Positions 13,669 to 23,307 are shown, numbered from the stretch's first letter. The stretch is 42,760 nucleotides of DNA from Paraspadella gotoi (GCA_051294375.1 CM119267.1:21637709-21680468), one strand, 5' to 3'. Notes: a model not told the origin generated them from the letters alone. Translations and numbers: made by a program.

Positions 13669-14136
13669 CTTCTGACAAAGAAATAAATGATAACCGTTTT
13701 CTCTCCTCGCCTCCGAAAGGAAAACGAAATGCATTAATAATAAAGAACATAAGGAAGAAATGATTTGTCATCAAATCACACGAAGATTCATGATTGTTGA
13801 ACGAAAATTGATTGATCGCCACGAAGATTTTTATTGGTCGGAAGAAATAATTATTAAAAGAGCAATAGTTTTAGAAAATTAGAATACCGATTGAAATGAG
13901 TCAGCAAAAATAAATCCCAAGAAATTATAGAAACAACGTAAAAACCGATTTTTTTTTAGCCAATTCGGCTCAGAGTCAGCATATAAACAAACCGCATTCA
14001 ATGAGACGGACACAAAATAAAAAATAAAAAGACAAACGGACAGACGGACGGAATGATGAAGGAAAAACGTAACGACGGATCTCGTCGAGTGAATAACGAT
14101 CTCGATCCAGATTCTCATTAGAACTCTCGATCTACA

Positions 14137-14150
14137 CGCCCCCCAGACAG
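14137..14150 (-). promoter_or_regulatory. Polypurine tract
   Basis: CTGTCTGGGGGGCG directly abuts the LTR start TGTAGATCGAGAG on minus. Confidence 0.75.
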
Positions 14151-14346
14151 TTACATTCAATGTAAATGGATTCATATTGATTGAGAGTAATTACGTTTTA
14201 CATATATTTGTAATAGGAACATTCTTTATGAACATTTGTCTATAGATTTTTGTTGTTCGAAATAGTTAAATTAAACAAAAATAAAATAGATGTAAGAAAA
14301 GGAAAATTCGCAAAACGAAGATTAAATCAAAGTGTAACAGTTATTT

Positions 14347-17300
14347 TCAAGAGTTTTCTGAAGATGACTTGGGCGATTTTATTCCTTGGATCTCGAGGAC
14401 TTTTTTTAGAACATCTGAGTAGGATTTTCGCGTATTTACGTTTGAAACAGTCGAATTTTTCTGAATACGAGGTCGAAGTGAGTAATTACCACATGTGGGA
14501 CGGGNNNNNNNNNNGGGAGTGGTTGGTTGTGGGGGAGGGAAAGGTGTTTGTTTATTTGTTTGTTTATTTGTTTGTTTACGTTTCTGGGTTTTGACTGTTT
14601 GGTTGGAGGTTAAGGTAGGGGAAGAGGGGTTGGGTTGGGTTAAAATTGGTTCATCGGATGAGAGGAAGGCTGGCTTAATCCTGCTGATGGCAACAGTTTC
14701 AGTTCCGGTTCCAGGAATATCAACCATAAAGTTTTGATCATTTCGAGAAACGACGCGGAAAGGCCCGCAATATGGCGCGGTTAATGAGGGGTTGATTCCG
14801 CCTCGCTGAATGAACACGTGAGTGGCTGATGTAAGAGATTCAGGTAGATGGACATGTGGCTTACGGTGGTGAGAGGTTGGGATTGGACGAAAACGAGCCA
14901 CTTCAAAACGCAGATTGGTTAGAAGATGCTTGCGCTGAGCTTCTTCGTCAATTTCGTTGTCAGGGCAGGCAGGTAGCAGGTCGCCTGGTATTGACAGGCC
15001 TTCTCCATAGACCAGGTCGGCCGGGGAGGCTCCTAGATCAGGTTTGAGAGTGGTTCGAAGTGAAAGCAAAGTTGCAGGCAATTTCCAGTACCACTCCTCC
15101 CTGGCCTGCTGGCAGTGGGCTATTAAAGATTCCTTCAGGCGTCTGTGAAATCTCTCTACTAATCCGTTTGCCTCAGGATGGTAAGTTGTTGTTGTGACAT
15201 GCTTGACGCCCCATAATTCCATTGTTTGTCTCCAGAGTGCTGAACAGAACTGCGTCCCTCTGTCTGTTGTGAGTGTTGCGGGTATGCCATAGTGGGCCAC
15301 CCAACCATGCGCAAAAGAATCTAGTGTGGTTTGAGCAGTTATGTCAGCCATGGGGATTGCGGCAGGCCATCGGGAGAAACGGTCCACTACTGTTAGCAAA
15401 TATTTATAACCGTTTGATGAAGGCAATGACACTATGTCCACGTTGACATGTGAAAAACGTTTGTTTGGAACCTTGAATTCTCCAATTGGTGGAACTGTGT
15501 GTCGGGTTATTTTAGCCTTTTGGCATGAGACGCATTCCCTTGCCCATTTCGAAACATCTTGTCTAAGGGATGGCCAAATGAATTTTGAAGCAACAGTCTG
15601 CCGGGTTCTCTCCACCCCAGGGTGTCCTAAATTATGAATTGCCTCAAAAACTTTTCGGCGCCACGAGAATGGGACAAACGGGCGGGGTGGGCCGTTGCTA
15701 ACATCCACTAGAATGTGGTGTTCTCCTAGTTGGACTTTTCGAAATCTTAAACCAGTTTGGGGGTCTTTGCACAGACGTTGATAATCTTGATCAAGAGGCT
15801 GCTCCTGAGCCATTTTTTCAAGGTCAACTCCTTGCAGGATTACTGAGTTAATGACGGTTTTCAACTCTTCTGTTTTTTCCTCCTCCAACTGTTTGTTGAT
15901 TGATGCAATTACTGGAGGTGGGTTTCCTACTGGAGCTTCTATTGTCTGAGGCAGGGGTGNNNNNNNNNNGCGGCTGAGCGCATCGGCCACCACATTTGCT
16001 TTCCCCTCTAAGTACCGAATGTCAGTGGTGTACTCAGCTATCCCTGCCAGCTGGTATGTTTGTCGAGCTGTCTGTGGCTCGGACTTTTTAGCTAGGGCGG
16101 GTACCAAGCTCTTGTGATCAGTATAGAGTGTAAAACTCCTTCCTTCCAAGGATGTCCTAAAGTGTCGGACAGCTTTGAAAGCAGCCAAAAGCTCCCTGTC
16201 AAAGGGAGGCCAATTTCTTTGATTGGGTTGGAGCTTAGCAGAGTAGAAACTTAGAGGTTCCCAGCCCATGGGGCCTCTCTGCTCGAGGACTGCACCAATG
16301 GCATGGTTTGATGCATCTGTGGTCAAAGCCAATTGAGCATCAGGGCGTGGGTGATGTAGCATTGTTGCTGCGGCCAGTGCATCTTTTATGCTCTGGAAGG
16401 ACTCCTGGCAGTCAGGTGTCCACACTAGTTTCTTGGGCTTTTTCTTCAGGGACTCAAATAGGTGGAAAAGGTGGGATGCAGCCTTTGGGATAAACCGCCT
16501 GTAGTAGTTTATCATGCCTAGGAATCTTTGTAATTCCTTGATGGTTGTTGGTGGCTTGGTTTTTACAANNNNNNNNNNCCGGTCTACTAAGGGGGTGATC
16601 CCCTGTTGGTTGACCTTGTACCCTAGAAAATCGAGTTCTGATTTTCCCAGCAGACACTTCTTTTGGTTGATGACCAACCCGTTTTCCTTGAGGATCTGGA
16701 AGACCTCTTCTAGGTCTTTTGTGTGTTGGTCATGAGTTTCTGAGGCAACAAGGATATCGTCAATGTACACAAAGACGTGTGGAAGGCCGGACAGGATTTC
16801 ATCCATGAGACGCTGGAAATCCTGTCCGGCGTTCTTTAGGCCAAAGGGGGTTCGTGGGAACACAAACAGGCCAAAAGGAGCAATTACACCGGTTTTGGGC
16901 ACATCTTTAGGGGCCACCGGTATTTGGTGGTACCCCTTTAGCAAATCAATCTTACTGAATACTTTTTTGCCCGATAGGTTGGCAGTAAAGTCAGTGAGAG
17001 ATTTTACCGGATATTTGTCATCAAGGGTCTGAACATTTAGGCGACGATAGTCCCCACAGACCCTGTAACCACCATCGGCCTTATTGACAACAAGGAGGGG
17101 CGATGCCCACTCACTTTTGCCACGTTTTGCAATACCCATTTTGCAAAGCTTTTCTAGTTCAGCTTTAGCAACGGCCAGTTTGTCAGGGGGCAGACGACGG
17201 GCTCTGCTCTGAACAGGATGGCCCACTGTTGGTATGTGGTGTTTGACACCATGTTTGGGCTCTGTTGCTTCAAAAGTAGGGTTGGTTAATTCGGGGTAAT

Positions 17301-17769
17301 CATCCAGGAGTTTGTAATAAGGATCATCTTTGCTGTTCACAAAAGATATGTGACATGTTGTTGCATCATGAGCAACTGATGCAGGGAGAGTGGAAAAATC
17401 GTTCAAATCTAACAAGAGAGCATCACGATGGTTTGGGGCTAAGTATGAAGCTGCCAAAAAATCAGCACCAAGAATGGATTGTTTGACATCTGCGATTGTG
17501 AACGAGAAAGGAAAGCACCTGTCACCAATTTTCACTGTTTTCTCTGTGGTACCAAAGCATGCAATTTTTGTGCCATTAGCTGCACGAAGCTCAATGTCAT
17601 TCGGTCCTCTTCGACGTTCTTCTGGAGATGGGGGAATAATAGAGAGGAGAGCACCGCTGTCAACAAGCCAGTTTCTTTGGTTTAGAGAATCGGTGACATA
17701 AAGAAGGTGGCTTTCCGAACTTTGGCCAGGGACAGAGTTCACTTCTGGGCCCCGGCCCTGAAGTTTTCC
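14347..17769 (-). CDS. pol: Pol polyprotein (protease, RT, RNase H, integrase)
   Basis: LVDSGA protease; IDLLKGYHQI, PFGLKNAG and YIDDIL RT; TTDASNHAIG RNase H; HNLGHPG...C..C, TDRGTQF, ERFHRRLK and GPF integrase. Open across four 10-N gaps; no env or chromodomain seen. Confidence 0.97.
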   Translation of the reverse strand, partial: GKLQGRGPEVNSVPGQSSESHLLYVTDSLNQRNWLVDSGALLSIIPPSPEERRRGPNDIELRAANGTKIACFGTTEKTVKIGDRCFPFSFTIADVKQSILGADFLAASYLAPNHRDALLLDLNDFSTLPASVAHDATTCHISFVNSKDDPYYKLLDDYPELTNPTFEATEPKHGVKHHIPTVGHPVQSRARRLPPDKLAVAKAELEKLCKMGIAKRGKSEWASPLLVVNKADGGYRVCGDYRRLNVQTLDDKYPVKSLTDFTANLSGKKVFSKIDLLKGYHQIPVAPKDVPKTGVIAPFGLFVFPRTPFGLKNAGQDFQRLMDEILSGLPHVFVYIDDILVASETHDQHTKDLEEVFQILKENGLVINQKKCLLGKSELDFLGYKVNQQGITPLVDRXXXXVKTKPPTTIKELQRFLGMINYYRRFIPKAASHLFHLFESLKKKPKKLVWTPDCQESFQSIKDALAAATMLHHPRPDAQLALTTDASNHAIGAVLEQRGPMGWEPLSFYSAKLQPNQRNWPPFDRELLAAFKAVRHFRTSLEGRSFTLYTDHKSLVPALAKKSEPQTARQTYQLAGIAEYTTDIRYLEGKANVVADALSRXXXXPLPQTIEAPVGNPPPVIASINKQLEEEKTEELKTVINSVILQGVDLEKMAQEQPLDQDYQRLCKDPQTGLRFRKVQLGEHHILVDVSNGPPRPFVPFSWRRKVFEAIHNLGHPGVERTRQTVASKFIWPSLRQDVSKWARECVSCQKAKITRHTVPPIGEFKVPNKRFSHVNVDIVSLPSSNGYKYLLTVVDRFSRWPAAIPMADITAQTTLDSFAHGWVAHYGIPATLTTDRGTQFCSALWRQTMELWGVKHVTTTTYHPEANGLVERFHRRLKESLIAHCQQAREEWYWKLPATLLSLRTTLKPDLGASPADLVYGEGLSIPGDLLPACPDNEIDEEAQRKHLLTNLRFEVARFRPIPTSHHRKPHVHLPESLTSATHVFIQRGGINPSLTAPYCGPFRVVSRNDQNFMVDIPGTGTETVAISRIKPAFLSSDEPILTQPNPSSPTLTSNQTVKTQKRKQTNKQTNKQTPFPPPQPTTPXXXXRPTCGNYSLRPRIQKNSTVSNVNTRKSYSDVLKKVLEIQGIKSPKSSSENS

Positions 17770-18847
17770 TGCTTCTTGTTCTGATCCTTTGTCCTCTCTC
17801 TCATTTCTTGGTGTCGATCGCAACCTTTTTCACATCGGCGAGCTTTGTTTCCATATTTTGCATGAAAGGAGCAGAGGCGATGAAATTTTGGCAGGTGCAG
17901 CAAGCTGTTTGGCGTTTGGCATTGTTAGCATGAAAAAATCGCTTATTGTTTGCAATAGAGTTTATGTCATGTTCCTGCTCATTGTCAGCACCGCTATCAT
18001 CATCTTCAGAGTCTGGGGCAACTGCATTGATGACCGAGGTGGCTGCGGGATCAATTAACTTTCCTTCTGAGTCGAAATACTTGTCAGCTGCAGCTGCAAG
18101 CTCCGTGGCATTCAGATCGTCGACTCGATTGGCTAAAGCGCGGCGGACTTCTGGAGGAAGGACCATCATGACTTTTTCTTTGCGAATATCATCGATGGTC
18201 ACAGTCTGTGATTTCTCTATCATTCTCTCTAAGTGTTGAGATGGTTGTAGACCTTCGCGAGGTGTGTCCTGCAGGATGAGTTGAGCCTGACGGCGGCGAG
18301 TGAATCCGTATTGGTCGCGTAAGTATTTAAGAAAAAGGTTCCAGTTTTCCTCTGACGCCTCACCATACAAGAAAGAATTGATTTTCGAATTCATGCCCAC
18401 TGCAAATTTTGTTTCGAGAAAGGCAAATTTATCTGCTGGTGATGAAACGTTGGAGCGTCTGTATGCAGCTTCAACACGTTTGATCCAGATCTCCACATTC
18501 TTTTTGTCAAAATCTGGGAGGTCTGGGCGTTTTGGTCGAAGGGCGCGTGATAATGCTGACTCTGCCGCCTTTGCTGCGGTCACTGCAGCATCGAGGGCGG
18601 CGCGAAGGTGCTCCATCTCTTGGCGAGAGGGAGGTGTGTCGTCCGGCGTCGCCATAGTGGATACGGCGTCGCTGAAGGCGTCAGTGTTTATGATGGCGTC
18701 GGTGTTGATCGGGAAACGAAAATCCTCTCCGTTGACTCTTAGGCTTGGTGAAGGGCTTCTTGAGGCGCGGCCACGACCAAAACCGGCGGCAATCTCAAGG
18801 CGAAGACGCGCTTGATGACGCGTCGTGATTGATGAGTCAGAGTTCAT
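17739..18847 (-). CDS. gag: Gag polyprotein (frame-broken near 17870-17910)
   Basis: ORF 17801-18847 has a capsid-like region (LPDFDKKNVEIWIKRVEAAY). An alternate frame carries CSFHAKYGNKARRCEKGC (C-X2-H-X9-C-X3-C) and stops at TGA 17739-17741. Confidence 0.85.
17763..17769 (-). promoter_or_regulatory. -1 ribosomal frameshift slippery site G_GAA_AAC
   Basis: Gag frame CAG GAA AAC TTC versus pol frame GCA GGA AAA CTT (-1). A GC-rich stem starts 5 nt downstream. Confidence 0.7.
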
Positions 18848-19116
18848 CAGGTGCTGCGGAGTGAGAGCGTTGACGCAGACTTCCTAGGCGGCGCCGTTGG
18901 CTTCGAGAGAGATACTTTGTTTNNNNNNNNNNGTGGCGTCCTCTCCGACCGTTGGTTTTCAGTTTGTAGCCGTAGAGAAAGGGAGGAGGGAAAAGGAAAA
19001 AGAATGTGTCAGCCAAGGACGACCAACTAATATCCTTTACATAATTTCGTCCTCACCTCAGGGAAAGAAAAATTTCATTGAGACGCCACTTCTGACTTCC
19101 GTTGAGGTTGGAAATG

Positions 19117-19134
19117 TTCGCGTTGGGTTCACCA
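19117..19134 (-). promoter_or_regulatory. Primer-binding site, tRNA-Trp-like
   Basis: TGGTGAACCCAACGCGAA, 2 nt after the LTR. Matches the canonical Trp PBS TGGTGACCCCGACGTGAT at 14/18 positions. Confidence 0.75.
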
Positions 19135-19136
19135 GG

Positions 19137-19561
19137 TGTAGATTTGATCCAGGCCCGACTTTAGGAGATGTTTAGAGACGTTTTCAAAGATGTAAAAGAT
19201 ACCAATAATTCTTGCAATTTATGAAAGGTAAGTAAAAGACGTTTTAGGAGACAATACCTCTTTATTTGAGATAACAACAATAATGAATAAGAAGAAACAT
19301 AACAATTTCAAAAGTAAGAGTTCTTGACGTCAGTTGGCGTGAAATGACAGGATGACGTCACCTCATGACTTGACTAGACAGACGACGTGGTCTTTTGTTT
19401 ATAAAATACAAAAGATCATCAAACGGAGTAAATTAGTTTCAATTATGATAAGTTATGTACAAATAGCCAAGGTGGCGCCAAAGGCAACGCCGCGAAGCCG
19501 CGGCTGAAAGTCGAGGGTTCGAGACTCACTAATAACTTTTATTTTAATCTCTCGATCTACA
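19137..19561 (-). repeat. 5' LTR (425 bp)
   Basis: On minus it starts TGTAGATCGAGAG and ends GGATCAAATCTACA, giving a 7-bp terminal inverted repeat TGTAGAT/ATCTACA. The PBS follows after 2 nt. Confidence 0.92.
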
Positions 19562-19623
19562 TATATATTATAATATACTTATATTATAATATGATAACAA
19601 TTACGCGCCCTTCCGCAATCCAG

Positions 19624-19791
19624 GACTCTCCGCCTATTCCCCACCGAGTTCGAAGATCACCCTCTACCTCAACCAAATGGGAGTCTTTAACTTTGTCGAC
19701 GACGGTTCAATCCCGGGGTGCGCCGTTTTGAAGCTCAGCGACGGAAGGAAGAGGAGCATGTCCCTCTGGGTGGAATTCATCACCGCCTCGG
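19624..19791 (+). CDS. mab-21: Mab-21 copy A, exon 2
   Basis: CAG|GACTCTCC... encodes LYLNQMGVFNFVDDGSIPGCAVLKLSDGRKRSMSLWVEFITAS, then a GTGAGT donor. A few 1-nt indels versus copy B. Confidence 0.9.
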
Positions 19792-19880
19792 GTGAGTGGA
19801 GAGTAGAGTGAGAGAGAGATGGAGAGAGAGATGAAGAGTAAACGAAGGAGGGAGGGAGAGTGAGACAGAGAGAATGAAAG

Positions 19881-19931
<51 letters not shown>

Positions 19932-20055
19932 GATAGAAGTAAGAAAAAGGCAGACCTTTTTCCTTATTCCTTTCGCCTTTTGTCGTATTACAGACCCTTC
20001 CATCCCCTTAATCTCATTCCATCCAATTTCCCCCTACCCACGCCTCCTCCCCCAG

Positions 20056-20164
20056 ATATCTCTCGGCTCGAAAGATCCGCTCACGGTTCCAAACGCTCGT
20101 GGCGCAGGCAGTTGACAAATGTCAGTACCGCGACATCGTCAAGATGATCCCCGACACGACGGAG
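20056..20164 (+). CDS. mab-21: Mab-21 copy A, exon 3
   Basis: 109 nt, AG/GT bounded. Translates YLSARKIRSRFQTLVAQAVDKCQYRDIVKMIPDTTE. Confidence 0.95.
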
Positions 20165-21270
20165 GTAACAGATGCCATAGTAGTCACTGTCAAAGTTGTC
20201 GTCATTCTCATTTTCAGAGAGTCCTATTCGCTGCTGAAATCTTCGTGCTAGATTGATGCTAAAAAGAAATTGTAATATAACCAATGTAAAAATTGTTCGT
20301 GCATTCAATAAACAAGCCATCTTAACCCTGAATTTGGACAGGCTATGCTTGGCCTCCGTCACTCTCGCAAGATAACAACATAGCGAGACCCTGCAAGCTT
20401 TGAATCAAGACAGTCAAGTTTATTAGCTCCCAGTGTGCTTGGCTTCCCTATAAATGAATTGAAATATTATTTTTTATCGAGCCTTGACCAGCGAAGCCGG
20501 GTCAGGCTCTATAATGTTTTAGGTTGCTTCTTTGTGACGTAGTCGTCGTCGTCGTCGTCGTCGTCCGTCACGCTGTTTTGTTATATAAAACTACTACGCT
20601 TTTATAGGTTTGGCTGTGACTTACAGTTTTTTTTTTAATAAAAAATTACTAGAATGATGGATAAAGTTTTTACTAAAAGTGTGCGATCATGAGTAAGTTA
20701 TAAAAATTTAGATATGGCTTCTCATTTTGAAATAGCTTTGATATTTTCTTATTACATTTGGAATTAAGTATTTTTTGTTTGAATTTCCCCTTCATTATGA
20801 TTTACTGCAATATGAAAATGAGATTATAGTACTCATTATAATATCCAAATTAGTATATAGAAATGCTTTAATCTAATTTACATATTGCAGTATATAATAT
20901 TGAAGATGAAATTCAAAAATTTTTTTTTTAAATTTCTAATAAAAATGGGAACTCAAAGGATTTTTTTAATGAGAAGCTATATCTTAATTTTAATACAAAT
21001 AAAAATAAAATCTTTTACAAGCTGCGATTGAAAAAATTGGAAAAATTTCCAATTGTAACCATTGTAAACATTTTTTGCCTTTCTTTTATTTATTTTTTCA
21101 TTATATATATTTTTTTTTCAGGCGCTGCCTTTTCTGATCGTTAAAAAACGAGTTCAGGGTCTCTCTCAGCCTCTCTCAGTCGCTCTCTGTGTGCGTCTGT
21201 CTCTCTCTGTACGATCTCATGCATGATCGTTCGTTTTTTTTAAAAATTCTGATTATTTTTTTCCTTCTAA

Positions 21271-21546
21271 AAACTTTTATTATCGCCATTTATTCCGCGC
21301 TTCTTTCTCAATACAAAATCCCAAATTTACATCTGAGATTTTCGTGGATTTTTTGGAGAAAATATGAAGAATATCTTACTTGACCTGGATTTCGTGCCGT
21401 TGCAGGGCAACGAGTAAACAATGTCGAGGAACATGACCTTGATGGCAACGGAAACGTTACGTGTATAAAAAAAATCAACCTTGACCGAGATCACGCCGAT
21501 ATAAACGAGAGTGACCTAATATTGCGTATCGTTGGCGGGAAAACTT

Positions 21547-21591
<45 letters not shown>

Positions 21592-21658
21592 TTCTCTCTT
21601 TCTATCTCTTTTTTTGTACAAAAATAATTTTTAGTCACTTTTTTTTCATCACCGTCAC

Positions 21659-21712
<54 letters not shown>

Positions 21713-22417
21713 ATGTACGATCGTTCGTTTTTTGAAAAATTCTTATTATTTTTTTCCTTCTAAAAACTTTTATTATCGCCATTTATTTTTTTTTTCTCAA
21801 TACAAAATCCCAAATTTACATCCGAGATTTTCGTGGATCCATTTTAAATAAAAGGAAAAATAACTTATAATGCAGGCAATGTCACATGTACATCAGCTTG
21901 CTATATGGCAATTGTCCGGCAATTCCACGGATTAATTTAATTGCATATATAATTTTCTAAAAAAAAATTTTTTTTGTTTTTGTTTATTACTGTAACTTTG
22001 GACCGGTCGGCCCACTATTGGCAAATTATATCTAAAAATAGGAGTTGAGAAGAGAGATATAGTCAAATTAAACATTACTTTTTTTGTTATTCTAATAATT
22101 TTTACAATTTTAAATTTGTAAATTTTTTTTAGTGTATATATTTAATCATTTTTATCCTTTTTTAAAATAATAATTATTTGAGTTGGGATAAATATTTATA
22201 AATTAGTTAAATATGCAAATATGAAATTTGACCTCGGTCTGTTTCTTCTTAAAAAAAAACAATCTAAAATTTCATTCAAGATTAAAACTTTTTTAAGATG
22301 AGGACATAAAGTTTCTTTGATAAGTAAAATAAATATTAGAAAGGAAAAGAGTTCGTCCCTACTCAGATACGTCGAAAAACGAGTTCAGCTGTGCAGCGGC
22401 GGTCCAGCTTCTCTCTA

Positions 22418-22500
<83 letters not shown>

Positions 22501-22590
22501 TTCTTTCTATTTATTTCCGCCATTTATTCCGCGCTTTTTTCTCAATACAAAATCCCAAATTTACATTCGAGATTTTCGTGGATTTCTTTC
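21271..22590 (+). repeat. Three copies of an ~80-bp module, each downstream of a (CT)n tract
   Basis: ...TTCTCAATACAAAATCCCAAATTTACAT..GAGATTTTCGTGGAT at ~21271-21355, ~21761-21842 and ~22511-22590. Confidence 0.85.
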
Positions 22591-22669
22591 TAAAAATTCT
22601 GATTATTCTTTATATAAACGAGAGTGAAAACTGACCAGCCTCTCTCTCTCTTTCCCTCTCTTCTCTCTC

Positions 22670-22700
<31 letters not shown>

Positions 22701-22735
22701 TTCAATCATACACGCATTTGTTTGTTTTTTTTACG

Positions 22736-22949
22736 ATGAATGATTCATCGCGTCAATGAATGACTATCATCGCATCAATGAATGATTATCATCATATCAA
22801 TGAATGATTATCATCACATCAATGAATGACTATCATCGCATCAATCATTTGATTATCATCACATCAGTTATTTTGTTATCATCGCATCAATTATTGGTTA
22901 TCATCGCATCAATATTTGGTTATCATCGCATCAATATTTGGTTATCATC
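22736..22949 (+). repeat. ~22-bp minisatellite, about 10 units
   Basis: Unit ATGAATGAYTATCATCRCATCA grades into ATATTTGGTTATCATCGCATCA. Confidence 0.9.
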
Positions 22950-23169
22950 AAAAGTAGGCTCGATTCCTTATGCTTTTAAGATTTTTTTTTAGCCTTTTCA
23001 TTGTTAAAAGTTCTAAATAAAGAATTTCCAATCGGTGTAGATTGCACGAGTGAAGCCGGCTAGTATGTATTGTAATTCTTTGTAATTCGTAGTAAAGTAC
23101 GAATTAATTGATAAATTAAAATTTAATCAAATCGATTTATTCCCTCTCAACCCCTCCACTTTCATCCAG

Positions 23170-23307
23170 GTTGCGTCTCCGCATCCGCGAGCGCTTCGTC
23201 GTCCAGATATCTCGCCCGCCTTCAAGTGTTCGGGCATCTGGCCGAGGTCGGCCTCCCATTGGCCAGTGCCGCACGTCCCCTGGCCCAATCCAAATCTCGT
23301 GGCGGAG
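23170..23307 (+). CDS. mab-21: Mab-21 copy A, exon 4
   Basis: RLRIRERFVVQ..PAFKCSGIWPRSASHWPVPHVPWPNPNLVAE with two small insertions; AG/GT bounded. Confidence 0.92.

Larger units (their letters stand above)
11039..14124 (+). repeat. Direct duplicate of 30277-32715 (mab-21 intron 1, exon 1 and upstream region)
   Basis: Collinear near-identity apart from a 617-bp indel. Similarity ends at ATTAGAAC (14124 and 32715). Confidence 0.93.
14124..19561 (-). mobile_element. Ty3/Gypsy LTR retrotransposon, CsRN1-like clade (5' LTR, PBS, gag, pol, PPT and first 13 nt of the 3' LTR)
   Basis: PR-RT-RH-IN domain order, CHCC gag motif, tRNA-Trp-like PBS, TG...CA LTR, G-rich PPT. Confidence 0.95.
20470..22990 (+). 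mobile_element. Non-autonomous Helentron/DINE-1-like element in mab-21 intron 3
   Basis: In order: T-run, subterminal IR ATCGAGCCT (20476-20484), 5' hairpin closing at AGGCTC (20504-20509), (GTC)n tract (20542-20569), internal repeats, 3' subterminal IR AGGCTCGAT (22956-22964), short hairpin CTTA..TAAG, T-run. Confidence 0.7.

Noticed and set aside
14495-18815. Plus-strand ORFs inside the retrotransposon
   Set aside because: Antisense shadows of gag and pol with no recognisable domains.
19452-19535. Functional tRNA gene in the LTR
   Set aside because: No proper acceptor, anticodon or T stems; kept only as a tRNA-like promoter candidate.
22736-22949. CRISPR-like array
   Set aside because: Units are head-to-tail with no unique spacers, there are no cas genes, and the context is eukaryotic.
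23041-23064. Helitron-type 3' end (...GAAGCCGGCTAGT)
   Set aside because: The hairpin is weak and I found no matching 5' end; the element ending at ~22990 already explains the region.
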